Shown one piece after another: positions 48,401-57,899 of a DNA stretch of 64,000 bases. Numbering within the stretch: position 1 is the first letter of the stretch; the number at the start of each line of letters is the position of its first letter. This DNA comes from an uncultured Desulfatitalea sp. (GTDB lineage Bacteria; Desulfobacterota; Desulfobacteria; Desulfobacterales; Desulfosarcinaceae). The DNA is taken from NCBI GenBank assembly GCA_963668675.2, contig CAXXMB010000002.1:192001-256000 (forward strand), given 5' to 3'. The position numbers and the translations under genes are program-made. The notes beneath the pieces are model-generated. The model searched no databases. It saw only the letters and a program-made list of their open reading frames with translations, and was not told the DNA's origin.

Positions 48401-48856
48401 CGAATGTACATGCCGTTGAAAAACTATATGGATCTGGATCAGGATTTTTTGATGGGCTACTGGACCCAGGGCAAAGATATTCTGGGAGTGACCCACTTCG
48501 GCGATCTGATCCCCGAAGTGGTGTGGCTCGGCCAGCCATATGAACGACACCTTCAGGAGCTGATCAATTTGCGCATCGCGTATAAATTGGCCAAAAACAA
48601 GGGGGAGAGCCCGTCACAGGAGATCAAGGAACGCATCCTGGCCATCAAAGAGGAGCTGCGCGGCCAGTTCGAAAAACAGATCCAGGAGCGACTGGCGGCA
48701 TTGCGCTACTATCTTCGCAGCCCGGTTCGTGATCCCCATCTCTCCCTTACGGAGATCTACCGCCACAAACCCGGCCGTATGGCCGACTGGACCGAACCGA
48801 TGTTCAGGCTGATCCGCAACATCAAATCACGCAAATCCTCCCCGCCCGAGTCGTAA
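45437..48856 (+). CDS. Tandem AAA+ ATPase (two modules) fused to a C-terminal Lon-type (S16) Ser-Lys protease domain
   Basis: D1 GPSGSGKT / RHVEE / ATSDQPERFDAAIYRRF; D2 GPPGSGKT / VVFFDEGD / TTNRLDIIDPALIRSKRL; Lon motifs VIVTG, SAQEA, GGPSAG, GITG, IIGGHKKK. Confidence 0.85.
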   Translation: MPKRLTKKVTYVRLPEQRITEIQALVASWPYETKAFMRARLNQYKPPRIWMSSLIEWAMSFVMDSPDKTFRVLKDPNILTDWQKRFELSGQANPQDAWNRILEKEVTARDYLYLLSLLDEQLTDVHVPIELETLFEKIYRAHIRKEYVSDPIVPKAPLLLVIGPSGSGKTSTVTESVEKVIFNDQVLPEIDLNLKKEELLANEPFWKSLEEVDPTLAMEMVRLKRLKFFKRLGRMPVIRWIFKRQINRNLSILEEQGIQVDYAMVTPNDYQTALAGEPGNYFKRALGDARKTAIRHVEEAHSAFGRVEGHASGAERQQRTLIDTSNIVLDEIINGKRDCLLIATSDQPERFDAAIYRRFVEKGKIINLSDFWKNPSNLGEVVRLELQRHDIEVHATGQRKRPIPDRPEPISREDLDRAVDLIYQVFEERTLKVIPSYVRKLVHSIVEIKSGFTIEYLKDPLLVRQAFELVAQNSYGDLYKRIVDRMDRHVRWEEYVGGIKDTFSEMTNNCLYYGVDEEKGVVLNGPPGSGKTFLVRTWLGENKDVHDMATSAAALQDPVNPIDGAVENMEKLYDIAKMIAPSVVFFDEGDALAPKRSASGGSPSDKLTNKFLSLIDGEIPLRRVFTVLTTNRLDIIDPALIRSKRLKVLEVSGMMSKDDIKGIIDISLEKVPLAEDLDAKMIIESAQGLCNTPADYAAFVEKAKALRSTEFEVLQRFRDMQATNDDIRINFVKFNLKTLMGIIEAVELPAEVRNRIKAKPLSILDHFDEIKTACDQVGAADDYPLTRSHLTSAKAEISQSPVQKGKVQLDEFLEAELSQEPQVGFIIGVGANDTSGVLLPIATSLTYRVSAKNVIVTGAVSTSSSASAQLDMAVQMTQQSAQEALTMVKNYLQGLDPKVSTARLLGDFLEDYTIHHQLLSASYNVGGPSAGYALAINTLSTLMLIPVLNDFGITGAPWTKGVKPGEVGGSVIIGGHKKKTEKVLAYLRRMYMPLKNYMDLDQDFLMGYWTQGKDILGVTHFGDLIPEVVWLGQPYERHLQELINLRIAYKLAKNKGESPSQEIKERILAIKEELRGQFEKQIQERLAALRYYLRSPVRDPHLSLTEIYRHKPGRMADWTEPMFRLIRNIKSRKSSPPES

Positions 48857-49018
48857 TTTCCCTCAATAGCGCTCTGCGCTGACGGACGCTCATGCGTTGT
48901 GATATCGTTATGCCCTTTCGGGAATTTTTTTCGAATCCATCAACTTACGGGGTTTGCAAAATCTGCATACAGAGACGCATCCATTTCGGTAAGGCTTCAT
49001 TGTCAGCCCCATTTACTC

Positions 49019-49435
49019 CTACACAATTTTTTCAATGGAACCGGACAGTATTATTCCAACTTCTGCTTCTTTCACGTCAACTTCTCGGGACAGCATTTTG
49101 TGAATGACGGCAATTACCTCATGGACACCACTTTCCAGATCGCCGATAAAGCGCGGATGGAGCTTGTGGGCTTTGGCCAGTAAAGCCGAATCCTTGGTCG
49201 GTAAAATCAGAATCATGGGCGCATCTTCAACAAGGTAACGGATTGACATCAGTGTCGTCAGATCCTTTTGGTCTGCTGCAGCTAAAACAATGATCGCACT
49301 CTGAGTCGGTGTATGGCGAAGCCGTGTGCTGAAGGGTGCCAGGGACGTGTATGCCATGAATTGGGCAAACGAAGCCTTAATCATCTCCTCGAAATTTGCG
49401 GCGACATAACTGTTCCGAAACAGAAGGATCTCCAT
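49019..49435 (-). CDS. Hypothetical protein, receiver-like alpha/beta fold suspected
   Basis: 138-aa ORF with GAGG RBS; IIVLAA and MILILP beta strands. Confidence 0.6.
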   Translation of the reverse strand: MEILLFRNSYVAANFEEMIKASFAQFMAYTSLAPFSTRLRHTPTQSAIIVLAAADQKDLTTLMSIRYLVEDAPMILILPTKDSALLAKAHKLHPRFIGDLESGVHEVIAVIHKMLSREVDVKEAEVGIILSGSIEKIV

Positions 49436-49478
49436 ACAGCCTTACCTCTATGATGGGTTGACCTTTTTGGTCTGGAAC

Positions 49479-49494
49479 AGCATCAATTATGCCA
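49479..49494 (-). promoter_or_regulatory. Sigma54 -24/-12 promoter for 49435
   Basis: Minus strand TGGCATAATTGATGCT, directly downstream of a sigma54 activator gene. Confidence 0.6.
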
Positions 49495-49637
49495 GAAATC
49501 GTTGACGGTCTGATCAGGAGGGCCATGAGGCAAAAAATAGCATATCCGCCCAATCGAAAGATGAAGATTATCGTAAACCTGTACTATTTTCCTGATGCGC
49601 GGGAGAATTTACTGCCTGGCAGGAATAATCAGAAAGA

Positions 49638-51065
49638 TTACCGGGACGGCGATGAATGTCTATTAAAGTTGTGCTTTTTCAGTATGGCGTAAAAGCGGGA
49701 TTGGGAAAGACCGGAAATGCGAATGGCAGCTTTGATATCACCGGCGGTCAGATCCATTAAGTCGGCCAGATACTGCCGCTCAGCCTGAGTGTATATGACT
49801 TCACGGAAATCCTGCAACGGTGGAAGCCTTTTAAAGTGGGTGTCCACCGAGCTCTCTTCAATTGGTTCATGAGGGTCGCTTAAAGATTGACGAACCACCT
49901 GGATGCGGATTTCCGGAGGCAGGTGTTTGGGGAACAAAATCGGCTCGTATCGGGCTGCAGCCAGGCAACGATCCAGGGTGTTTATCAACTCCCGGATGTT
50001 TCCCGGCCAGTTGTAAGCTGCAAGTACATCGAGAAAATCAGGCGAAAACCCTTTGGAGGCGATGCCCATGCGTTCACAAAGCCGGTTCGTCTGAAATCTG
50101 GCCAGCGCTTTGATGTCGGAAGGCCGCTCTTTGAGCGGCGGCAGATCGAGTGAAAAGGCGCTGATGCGGTATAGCAGATCTTTACGAAACGTCCCCTCGG
50201 TCACCATGGTTTCTAGGCTGCGGTTAGTGGCCGCCACCAGACGGAAATCACTCTTAACTTCGCGTTTACTGCCGACGGGGCGGAAGCGATGCTCCTGGAG
50301 AACGCGCAAGAATGCCTTCTGAAGCACCAGGGGAAGCTCGCCCACCTCGTCCAGAAAGAGCGTTCCCCCATCAGCCTGCCGAATCAAGCCCTCGCGATCC
50401 TTATCGGCACCGGTGAAGCTCCCTTTGACATGGCCGAACAACAGGCTTTCCACTATCGTATCGGGCAGGGCCGCACAATCTACCACCACAAAACTGCTTT
50501 TCGCGCGTGTGCTGTTGTTATGTATGGCCTGAGCGAACAACTCCTTGCCGGTGCCAGTTTCACCGGTAATCAGCACATTGATATCGCTCAGGGCTGCCTG
50601 GGCCACCATGTCCAAACAGGCGCGGATTTGAGGACTGTCACCGATGATGTTCTCACGTCGGAGGGCTCTCACGAATTCGGTAACAGCAGCACTCTTCTTT
50701 TCCTTCCGGTATTGCATGGCACGGGAGAGAGAGAGCCGTATGGCTTTGGCCGAGGACGATTTTTCGATGTAATCCCAGGCGCCGCTCTTGATGGCCAATT
50801 CGGCCCCGTCGGCATCACCGTATCCGGTACTGATAATCACTTCAGGTTCACCGGACGAGGCTTGAATTTCTGGTAATGCATCAAGTCCATTGCCATCAGG
50901 CATCCGGACATCCAGGAACACAACATCCACCGCTTCTGATTTAACTTTCTCCAGTCCTTCCTTCAGGGTGGCGGCACAATCGGCTTGATGATCCAATTGC
51001 CGGGCAAGTCTGGACAGCGCGTAGCAAATATTTTCGTCGTCGTCGATAATTAGGATTCTGGCCAT
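49638..51065 (-). CDS. NtrC-family sigma54-dependent response regulator
   Basis: Receiver domain, GETGTGKE, GSFTGA, FLDEVGEL, WPGNIREL, C-terminal HTH. Confidence 0.96.
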   Translation of the reverse strand: MARILIIDDDENICYALSRLARQLDHQADCAATLKEGLEKVKSEAVDVVFLDVRMPDGNGLDALPEIQASSGEPEVIISTGYGDADGAELAIKSGAWDYIEKSSSAKAIRLSLSRAMQYRKEKKSAAVTEFVRALRRENIIGDSPQIRACLDMVAQAALSDINVLITGETGTGKELFAQAIHNNSTRAKSSFVVVDCAALPDTIVESLLFGHVKGSFTGADKDREGLIRQADGGTLFLDEVGELPLVLQKAFLRVLQEHRFRPVGSKREVKSDFRLVAATNRSLETMVTEGTFRKDLLYRISAFSLDLPPLKERPSDIKALARFQTNRLCERMGIASKGFSPDFLDVLAAYNWPGNIRELINTLDRCLAAARYEPILFPKHLPPEIRIQVVRQSLSDPHEPIEESSVDTHFKRLPPLQDFREVIYTQAERQYLADLMDLTAGDIKAAIRISGLSQSRFYAILKKHNFNRHSSPSR

Positions 51066-51074
51066 GGTTTAAGC

Positions 51075-52841
51075 TTATCTTACCGGTTTCGCTTTTTCAT
51101 TTTCCAGGGCTGTGCGGATCGCCCCTTCGATTTCTACTCGGGTAAACGGTTTTTGTATGAAAGAGCGGATACCCAAATCTCCAGCCAGCGCTGCCGTTTG
51201 GTGGCTTTTAGGATCGGTTAGATACCCGCTGCACAGAACAATCGGCATTCCGGGCCGGATGTTTAAAATGTGTTTTGCCAGCTCGGTGCCCTTCATCTGC
51301 GGCATCGTCTGATCCGTGATGATCAGATCGAATCGTTTGGGATCTCGGTGGAAAACCGTCAGGGCCTCGATAGCTGTCCCTGCTGTTTGAACGGTATATC
51401 CCATTGATTTAAGCATTTTCCCCGCAGCATAGCGAAGCGCGAAGTCATCGTCAACGAGCAGGATGCGCTCCACACCCGCTTTTACTTTCCCACTCGGCAG
51501 TGCGCCGTCAATGGCCTCCACCGGATCGAATCGAGGTAGAAACACGTGGAAAGCCGTCCCGTTGCCGGGAGCGCTATCAACGGTGATCGCTCCCCCGTTG
51601 TGTTTGATGATGCCGTAAACCACGGAGAGTCCCAATCCGGTGCCGCCACTTTTTTTGCGGGTGGAAAAAAAGGGGTCGAAAATTCGTTCCTGAACGTCCG
51701 GTGTCATTCCGTGACCGCTGTCTCTGATCGTCAGTTTCAGATAGGGTCCACCAGAGAGATTCAGCGATTCGATAACAGTTTCAGCGTTAACCATAACGGT
51801 CTCGAGATTTATTTCCAACACCCCCACTTGTTCTCCGATGGCTTGAGCGGCATTGGTGCAAAGGTTCATAACCACCTGGTGAATCTGTATGGGATCGACC
51901 AGTACACTGCCCATATCAGAGGGGAGTTTAGACCGTATATCGATGGTTGACGGCAGGGAGGCGCGAATCAGATTCAGACACTCTTTAACCAGGCTGTGGA
52001 GTTGGACCGGTTGTCGCTCCTGTTCGCCGGTCCGGCTGAAGGAAAGAATCTGTCTGACCAGCGCTTTTCCCCGCAAACCGGCCTTGAGAATGTGGTCGAG
52101 ATCTTCATGCACCGGATGGTCCTCGGGCAGGTCGTCAAGGGCGATTTCACTACAGGTGATGATAGCTCCTAAAATATTGTTGAAATCATGGGCAATCCCA
52201 CCGGCCAGCGTTCCGATGGCCTCCATTTTTTGGGCCTGGAGGACCGCCTTTCTGAGTTGTTTTCGTTCGGTTTTCATCCTGAGGGTGATGATTCCAAAGG
52301 CCAGATCGTCGGCGAGTTCCTCAAGCAGCCTAAGCTCATCTTTGTCAAAAGCGTCAGGCTCACCCGCACAGATGCTGAGCGCACCGAACGTTTTACCCTC
52401 TTCTTTCAACGGCATCGCAACAGCTGACGCATAACCCCTTTTAAGTGCCTCTTCTCGCCAGAATTCATAATCAGGGTTAGTGATAATGTTCTGAAAGACG
52501 CTCGGTGCTCCATTTCGGATGGCGCTACCGGTTGGTCCTCGCCCCCGTTTGGTGTTGGCCCAGGTAAGGTTGAGCAATTCCAAATAACCTTCCTCGTATC
52601 CCCAATGGGCTACCGGCCGCACTTTTTTTCCCTTTTTATCTTCAGCAAAGCCAACCCAGGCCAAACGATATCCACCATAGTCGACGACAATCCTGCAGAT
52701 ATCCTGCATCAATTCCAATTCATCTTTGGCACGAATCAACGTGTGGCTGCATTCGCTGAGTGTTCTCAGCACACGATTCGTTTTGCGCAATGATGCCAAT
52801 TGGATCTCCGTTGATAAGGGCGTTTGATGAGTAAGTCGCAA
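51075..52841 (-). CDS. Cytoplasmic GAF-domain hybrid histidine kinase
   Basis: GAF (AWVGF..., GRGPTG.AIR, LADDLAFG), AHDFNN, HATPase, receiver domain. Confidence 0.93.
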   Translation of the reverse strand: MRLTHQTPLSTEIQLASLRKTNRVLRTLSECSHTLIRAKDELELMQDICRIVVDYGGYRLAWVGFAEDKKGKKVRPVAHWGYEEGYLELLNLTWANTKRGRGPTGSAIRNGAPSVFQNIITNPDYEFWREEALKRGYASAVAMPLKEEGKTFGALSICAGEPDAFDKDELRLLEELADDLAFGIITLRMKTERKQLRKAVLQAQKMEAIGTLAGGIAHDFNNILGAIITCSEIALDDLPEDHPVHEDLDHILKAGLRGKALVRQILSFSRTGEQERQPVQLHSLVKECLNLIRASLPSTIDIRSKLPSDMGSVLVDPIQIHQVVMNLCTNAAQAIGEQVGVLEINLETVMVNAETVIESLNLSGGPYLKLTIRDSGHGMTPDVQERIFDPFFSTRKKSGGTGLGLSVVYGIIKHNGGAITVDSAPGNGTAFHVFLPRFDPVEAIDGALPSGKVKAGVERILLVDDDFALRYAAGKMLKSMGYTVQTAGTAIEALTVFHRDPKRFDLIITDQTMPQMKGTELAKHILNIRPGMPIVLCSGYLTDPKSHQTAALAGDLGIRSFIQKPFTRVEIEGAIRTALENEKAKPVR

Positions 52842-52965
52842 TTTATCTTAAATTTGATAAAAATACAATAATATCAAAAGAAAAGGAGCAAAACACCCCC
52901 AACAGGATGGCGTTGGGACTCAAGCGCACTTTGATATTTCACTTTTACGACTGCTCGCTGGCAAA

Positions 52966-52981
52966 TGGCACGCCCGTTGCT
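52966..52981 (+). promoter_or_regulatory. Sigma54 -24/-12 promoter for the tolC operon
   Basis: TGGCACGCCCGTTGCT, a perfect TGGCAC-N5-TTGC match. Confidence 0.75.
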
Positions 52982-53118
52982 TATCTGGTGCAATATGCCA
53001 AAAAAATCGGGAAGGAAAGTATGTTTATTCGAACAATATGAGCCCATGAAAAATATTTTTAGTTTTTGATACCCGGACAATCAACGGGACCGGATCTTTA
53101 TCAGGGGATTTTAAAAAA

Positions 53119-54552
53119 ATGATCATTCAACTTTCAGGGCACCTGCTTGGGCATCCGTGCCGGGGCTTATTTTCCAGAATCGTTCCTGGCATTTTGCTTG
53201 TCCTTGTTAACCTGGCCAGCCTGGCCATTTCAGCGCAAGCCGCCGACCTGTCCTTCGACCGGGCACTCGAGGCAATGCTCTGCGCCAACGAATCCGTCAA
53301 GGCCGCTTATTCCGAAACCGAGCGACGCGAGTATGAGGCCAAGGCCGCACAGGGGCTTTACTTTCCAAAAATTACACTGACTGGTCGCGCGACCCGCATA
53401 GATGACCCGGTCTACCTCGATCTCAACCCCATCCGGGACGTCATCCTGGCCCTGCATCCGACGGTCCCGGCAGATGCGGTCCCTTCCTTTAAAGAAACCA
53501 TTCAAGACGACACCTTCGTAAAATCTCAACTGAACTTGGTTTGGCCTGTGTTCACCGGGGGACGTATCACCGCTGCCAATGCAGCTGCAGAAGCCGGGGC
53601 GCGTGAGGCAAAGGCCAAATTGCGCCGGACCACCGAAACCCTCACCTCCGAGCTGGTGAGGGCATACTTTGCCGTCCGTCTGGCGGACCAAGTCGTTCGG
53701 ATCCGCGCTGAAGCCAAAGATGCCTTGGATCTGCACCTGTTTCAAGCCCGCCGCATGTATGAGGAGGGCATTATCGCCCGGACTGAACTGCTCCATGCCA
53801 AGGTGGCTCAAGCCCAAGCCGACCGAGAATTAAAAGCCTCCCGTCGCGATCTGGAACTGTCACACACGGCATTGGCGAACGTTCTATCATCCGACGAACC
53901 GGTCACGCCCACAACCCCGCTTTTTTTGGTCACCGTGCTCGAACCTGTAGACGACTTTGTCAGACAGGCCAGGGACAGACATCCAGCCTTGGACCAGTTG
54001 GACGCGATCAAGGACAAAACTCACGAAAATCTTCGCACCGAAAAAGCGGCCTACGCTCCGGAAATCTATCTGTTCGGTATGCGCGAGCTCTATGAAGACG
54101 ATTTGACCGTTTTAGAACCCACCTGGGCCGTGGGCGCCGGTCTCAGCTTCACCTTGTTCGACGGCCTGACCCGGCCCAACCGGATCCGCGCCGCTCAAAA
54201 ACTGGAAAAGCGGGCCGGGCTGATGCGACAAAAATTGGCCAGGGACCTGGAAACCCTGGTATCCTCCAAGTACCAGGAACTCATGAAGGCCGGCGAACAA
54301 TTTGACGCCTTGCAAGCGTCTATGAACTTGGCCGACGAAAATCTGCGCGCCCGTCGTCGGGCCTTTGAAGAAGGCCTGACCACATCTCTGGAGGTGGTCG
54401 ACGCCCAGCTGTCCCTGTCCGCGGCCGAAGTGGAACGGTTACACGCGGCATATGCCTTCGACACCGCGCTGGCGCAGTTGCTGGAAGCCAGTGGCCAGGG
54501 AAATGATTTTCCGCGTTACCTTGCGGGTGCGCAAATGGAAGTGGAAAAATGA
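53119..54552 (+). CDS. TolC-family outer membrane efflux protein
   Basis: Signal peptide, FPKI.L, WPVFTGG, LVRAYF, FTLFDG, FEEGL.T.LEVVDAQ. Confidence 0.92.
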   Translation: MIIQLSGHLLGHPCRGLFSRIVPGILLVLVNLASLAISAQAADLSFDRALEAMLCANESVKAAYSETERREYEAKAAQGLYFPKITLTGRATRIDDPVYLDLNPIRDVILALHPTVPADAVPSFKETIQDDTFVKSQLNLVWPVFTGGRITAANAAAEAGAREAKAKLRRTTETLTSELVRAYFAVRLADQVVRIRAEAKDALDLHLFQARRMYEEGIIARTELLHAKVAQAQADRELKASRRDLELSHTALANVLSSDEPVTPTTPLFLVTVLEPVDDFVRQARDRHPALDQLDAIKDKTHENLRTEKAAYAPEIYLFGMRELYEDDLTVLEPTWAVGAGLSFTLFDGLTRPNRIRAAQKLEKRAGLMRQKLARDLETLVSSKYQELMKAGEQFDALQASMNLADENLRARRRAFEEGLTTSLEVVDAQLSLSAAEVERLHAAYAFDTALAQLLEASGQGNDFPRYLAGAQMEVEK

Positions 54553-55553
54553 AAACACAACATGCTTTCATCGAGCCTGTCGTGGGGCTCCTCATTCTCC
54601 TGGCTCTGGTCGGCGGGCTCACCTGGTTTCTCAGGGAGCCCCCGGTGGAATTGATCCAGGGAGAAGTTGACGCCACCCAGGTCGACCTTGCCGTCAAATT
54701 AGCCGGACGGGTCTCGACCGTCTGGGTCAAGGAAGGCCAATCCGTCAAAAAGGGAGAACATCTTCTGGATTTGGATATCCCCGAAATGCAGGCCAAGCTT
54801 CGTCAGGCCTCGGCCGCCGAACAGGCCGCCGGTGCCCAGCGCGACAAGGCCTTCGCCGGTGCCCGCCGGCAGGAAGTCCAGGCGGCAATGAATCTGTGGC
54901 TGCAGGCCAAGGAGGCCGCCGATCTGGCAGAAAAGACCTATCTTCGCATCGAACGTCTTTACGCTGACGGCGTGGTTTCGGCCCAGCGCCGCGACGAGGC
55001 CGAAGCCAAATGGAAAGCATCACGCGAAGCTGCCGCCGCCGCCCAGGCCCAATATGACATGGCGCAGGAAGGGGCCCGCAAAGAAGATCGCAGATCCGCT
55101 TCCGCCCTGGTCGATCAGGCGGGCGGTGCCGTCAACGAAGTGAAAAGCTACCTGAGCGAAACCCGCCTTGACGCACCCATCGGCGGCGAGATCGTCCACG
55201 TCCTGGCCGACCCTGGCGAACTGGTCAGCCCAGGCTACCCGATCATCACAATCCTCGACCTGACCGATGTGTGGGTCACCTTCAATATCCGCGAAGACAA
55301 CCTGGCCGGATTGCGCATAGGCAAAACCTTTACGGTCCGCGTCCCTGCCTTGGGCGAAAGGCAATTCAACGTCAAGGTCAGCTACATCGCTGCCCTGGGT
55401 GATTTTGCCACTTGGCGGGCCACCAGCGCCTCCGGCGGTTTCGACCTGAAGACGTTTGAAGTCCACGCCCGCCCGGTCGAGCCCGTCGACGGACTCCGGC
55501 CGGGCATGAGCGTCATTGTGCCGTTGACGGAACTGTCCCATGACCGCAAATGA
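54549..55553 (+). CDS. HlyD-family periplasmic adaptor
   Basis: KLAGRV...VKEGQ.VKKG lipoyl half-motif, long hairpin, LRPGMSV. Confidence 0.93.
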   Translation: MKTQHAFIEPVVGLLILLALVGGLTWFLREPPVELIQGEVDATQVDLAVKLAGRVSTVWVKEGQSVKKGEHLLDLDIPEMQAKLRQASAAEQAAGAQRDKAFAGARRQEVQAAMNLWLQAKEAADLAEKTYLRIERLYADGVVSAQRRDEAEAKWKASREAAAAAQAQYDMAQEGARKEDRRSASALVDQAGGAVNEVKSYLSETRLDAPIGGEIVHVLADPGELVSPGYPIITILDLTDVWVTFNIREDNLAGLRIGKTFTVRVPALGERQFNVKVSYIAALGDFATWRATSASGGFDLKTFEVHARPVEPVDGLRPGMSVIVPLTELSHDRK

Positions 55554-56745
55554 CCGCCATCGCCATGCCCCGGGCCGACGCACCGGAATCCAAGCCGTTG
55601 CCCGCCGGGAACTCGGCCGCATTCACAGGCAACCCCGGTATGCCATGCTCATGCTGGTCCTGCCAGTGATCTCCTTTGCCCTGGCCTGGGGGCTTTTCTT
55701 CAATCAATACCCCCGGGACTTGCCCGTCGCCGTGGTCGATTTGGACCACTCTTCTCTGTCCCGCCAACTGTCCCGCTTGATCGACAGCACCGCCAGCATT
55801 AAGGTGGCCTATCAGGTGGCTGACCCGGTTGCCGCCAAAGAGCTGTTGCTTCGCGACCAGGCGTATGCCGTGGTCATCATGCCCCGCGGACTCGAGCGGG
55901 ATATCAAACGCGGGCTGGGTGGGGAGGTGATTGGGTACTACAACGCACAGATGCTCCTGCCCGGCAGCATCATCTCCGCCAGTCTTGGCGCCACCGTGGC
56001 CACCGTCTCGGCCGGGGTGAACCTTCAGTCCCGCCGGCGCCGTGGCGAAATGGGCGAAGCCGCTCGTGCCCACCTGGAACCCGTCAACCTCGACCGACAC
56101 GTGCTTTTCAACCCCCAACTCAACTACCTGCACTTTCTGGCCGCAGCCTTGTGCCCGACGTTTCTGCAAATATTCGTCGTCATGACCACCGCCCTGGCCA
56201 TGGGTGAGGAATTGAAGAACGGAACCATACGGCAATGGTTCGACACCGGCGGCGGCAGTATCTGGCGGGCGATGATCGGCAAATTGGCGGTCTACTTCGT
56301 CACCTTCAGCCTGGTAGGAATGGTCATGCTGGCCGTGATTCTCAAAGGCTTCGGCGTGCCCTTGCGCGGCTCCCTGGTTAGCTTGGTTTCGGCCACTATC
56401 CTGCTGATCTTGGCCGGCCAAGCCTGCGGGCTCATCCTGGTGGCGCTCAACCCGAGCCTGCGCATGGCCCTCAGCGCCGCTTCTTTTTACGCCGGAACCG
56501 CCTTCGCTTTTGTCGGTCTGACATTCCCCCAGACCGGGATGCCCGCCCTGGCAAAAGCATGGAGCAACCTGCTGCCGTTGACACACTATCTGCATGTTTT
56601 CCTGGAGCAGACCTTCCGCGGCGCCGATCTCGCCGATTCTGTACCGGACATGCTCCTTTTGTGCGGTTTCGTTCTGCTGGGGCTTCTGCTCACCCCCCTG
56701 CTCAAACGCTATAAGGTCGACAGCCGGTACTGGAGCAGGCCATGA
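55540..56745 (+). CDS. ABC-2 type permease (YbhS/YhhJ-like)
   Basis: LPVAVVDLD.S.LSRQL, LFNP.LNY, G.TFP...MP, LPLTHY. Confidence 0.9.
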   Translation: MTANDRHRHAPGRRTGIQAVARRELGRIHRQPRYAMLMLVLPVISFALAWGLFFNQYPRDLPVAVVDLDHSSLSRQLSRLIDSTASIKVAYQVADPVAAKELLLRDQAYAVVIMPRGLERDIKRGLGGEVIGYYNAQMLLPGSIISASLGATVATVSAGVNLQSRRRRGEMGEAARAHLEPVNLDRHVLFNPQLNYLHFLAAALCPTFLQIFVVMTTALAMGEELKNGTIRQWFDTGGGSIWRAMIGKLAVYFVTFSLVGMVMLAVILKGFGVPLRGSLVSLVSATILLILAGQACGLILVALNPSLRMALSAASFYAGTAFAFVGLTFPQTGMPALAKAWSNLLPLTHYLHVFLEQTFRGADLADSVPDMLLLCGFVLLGLLLTPLLKRYKVDSRYWSRP

Positions 56746-57899
56746 TCAAAAACTTTCTCCATGACGTTATGACCGAACTCGGCGCTATCTTTGGCGATCG
56801 CGGCGTCCTTCTGATCATGGGGTTTGCCGTAATTTTCTATGCCTTTGTCTACCCCCTTCCGTATACCGGTGAAGTGTTGCGCAAAGTGCCCTTGGTCGTC
56901 ATCGATCACGACAACTCCAGCCTGAGCCGCCAGCTTGTGCGCATGGTCGACACTTCGGATCTGATCCGCGTCGACGGCCGGGCCCAAAATCTCGACGAAG
57001 CGCGGAAAAAGATCGCTGCCGGCCACTATAGCGCCGCCCTGCTCATTCCCGTCGACTTTGAGAAAACGGTGCTCCAGACACGTCAGGCAACCGTGGCCGC
57101 ATACGTGGACGCAACCTATTTTCTCGTCTATCGCCAGGCGATGACCGGTCTGGTCAAGGCCGTCCGAACCCTTTCCGCTGGCATTCAAGTCCATCGCTTT
57201 CAGGCTCAAGGCGGTTCCGAGGAGAAAGCTCAGGTGGATCGCTCGCCACTCAATTTCATCGACCGCCCCCTTTTCAACCCATCCCTGGGCTACGCCACCT
57301 ACATCGTTCCCGGCGTTCTGATCTTGATCCTTCAACAAACCATGCTCATTGGCATAGGCATGATCTCCGGCACCCGCGCAGAACGATCCGCTGCCGCCGC
57401 CTCAGCCACCGTGTTGCGAGGCGGCCCAGGCCTGCAGATACTTTCCCGCACAGTCGCCTGCCTGGCCCTGTATCTGATTCACGTCCTCTTCATATACGGC
57501 GTGGCATACCGGATCTGGGGTTTTCCCATGCGCGCCGGGCTTGCGACCGTTTTCGGCTTCTTGTTGCCCTTTCTGTTGGCCGTTATTGTGCTAGGGCAGA
57601 TGCTGGCAGCGTTTTTTAAATCTCGAGAAACCGCCATGGTCATGATCGTCTGGAGTTCTATGATAGCCGTCCTGGTCTCAGGATTTTCCTGGCCCGTCGA
57701 AACCATGCCTCACTGGATCAGGGCTCTGGCCATGCTCATCCCCAGTACCTGGGGCATCTCCGGTATTCTGCGCCTTACCCAAATGGGCGCATCCTTCCAA
57801 CAGGTCCAAGTCGAATGGATCTGTCTTTGGGGACTAACCTTTCTTTACCTGGTCCTGGCCTGGATCTGCACAAGTTTCCAAAGAAAAGGAATAATATAG
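56742..57899 (+). CDS. ABC-2 type permease (YbhR-like)
   Basis: VIDHDNSSLSRQL, LFNPSLGY..YIVPG, SGFSWP.E.MP. Confidence 0.9.
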   Translation: MIKNFLHDVMTELGAIFGDRGVLLIMGFAVIFYAFVYPLPYTGEVLRKVPLVVIDHDNSSLSRQLVRMVDTSDLIRVDGRAQNLDEARKKIAAGHYSAALLIPVDFEKTVLQTRQATVAAYVDATYFLVYRQAMTGLVKAVRTLSAGIQVHRFQAQGGSEEKAQVDRSPLNFIDRPLFNPSLGYATYIVPGVLILILQQTMLIGIGMISGTRAERSAAAASATVLRGGPGLQILSRTVACLALYLIHVLFIYGVAYRIWGFPMRAGLATVFGFLLPFLLAVIVLGQMLAAFFKSRETAMVMIVWSSMIAVLVSGFSWPVETMPHWIRALAMLIPSTWGISGILRLTQMGASFQQVQVEWICLWGLTFLYLVLAWICTSFQRKGII

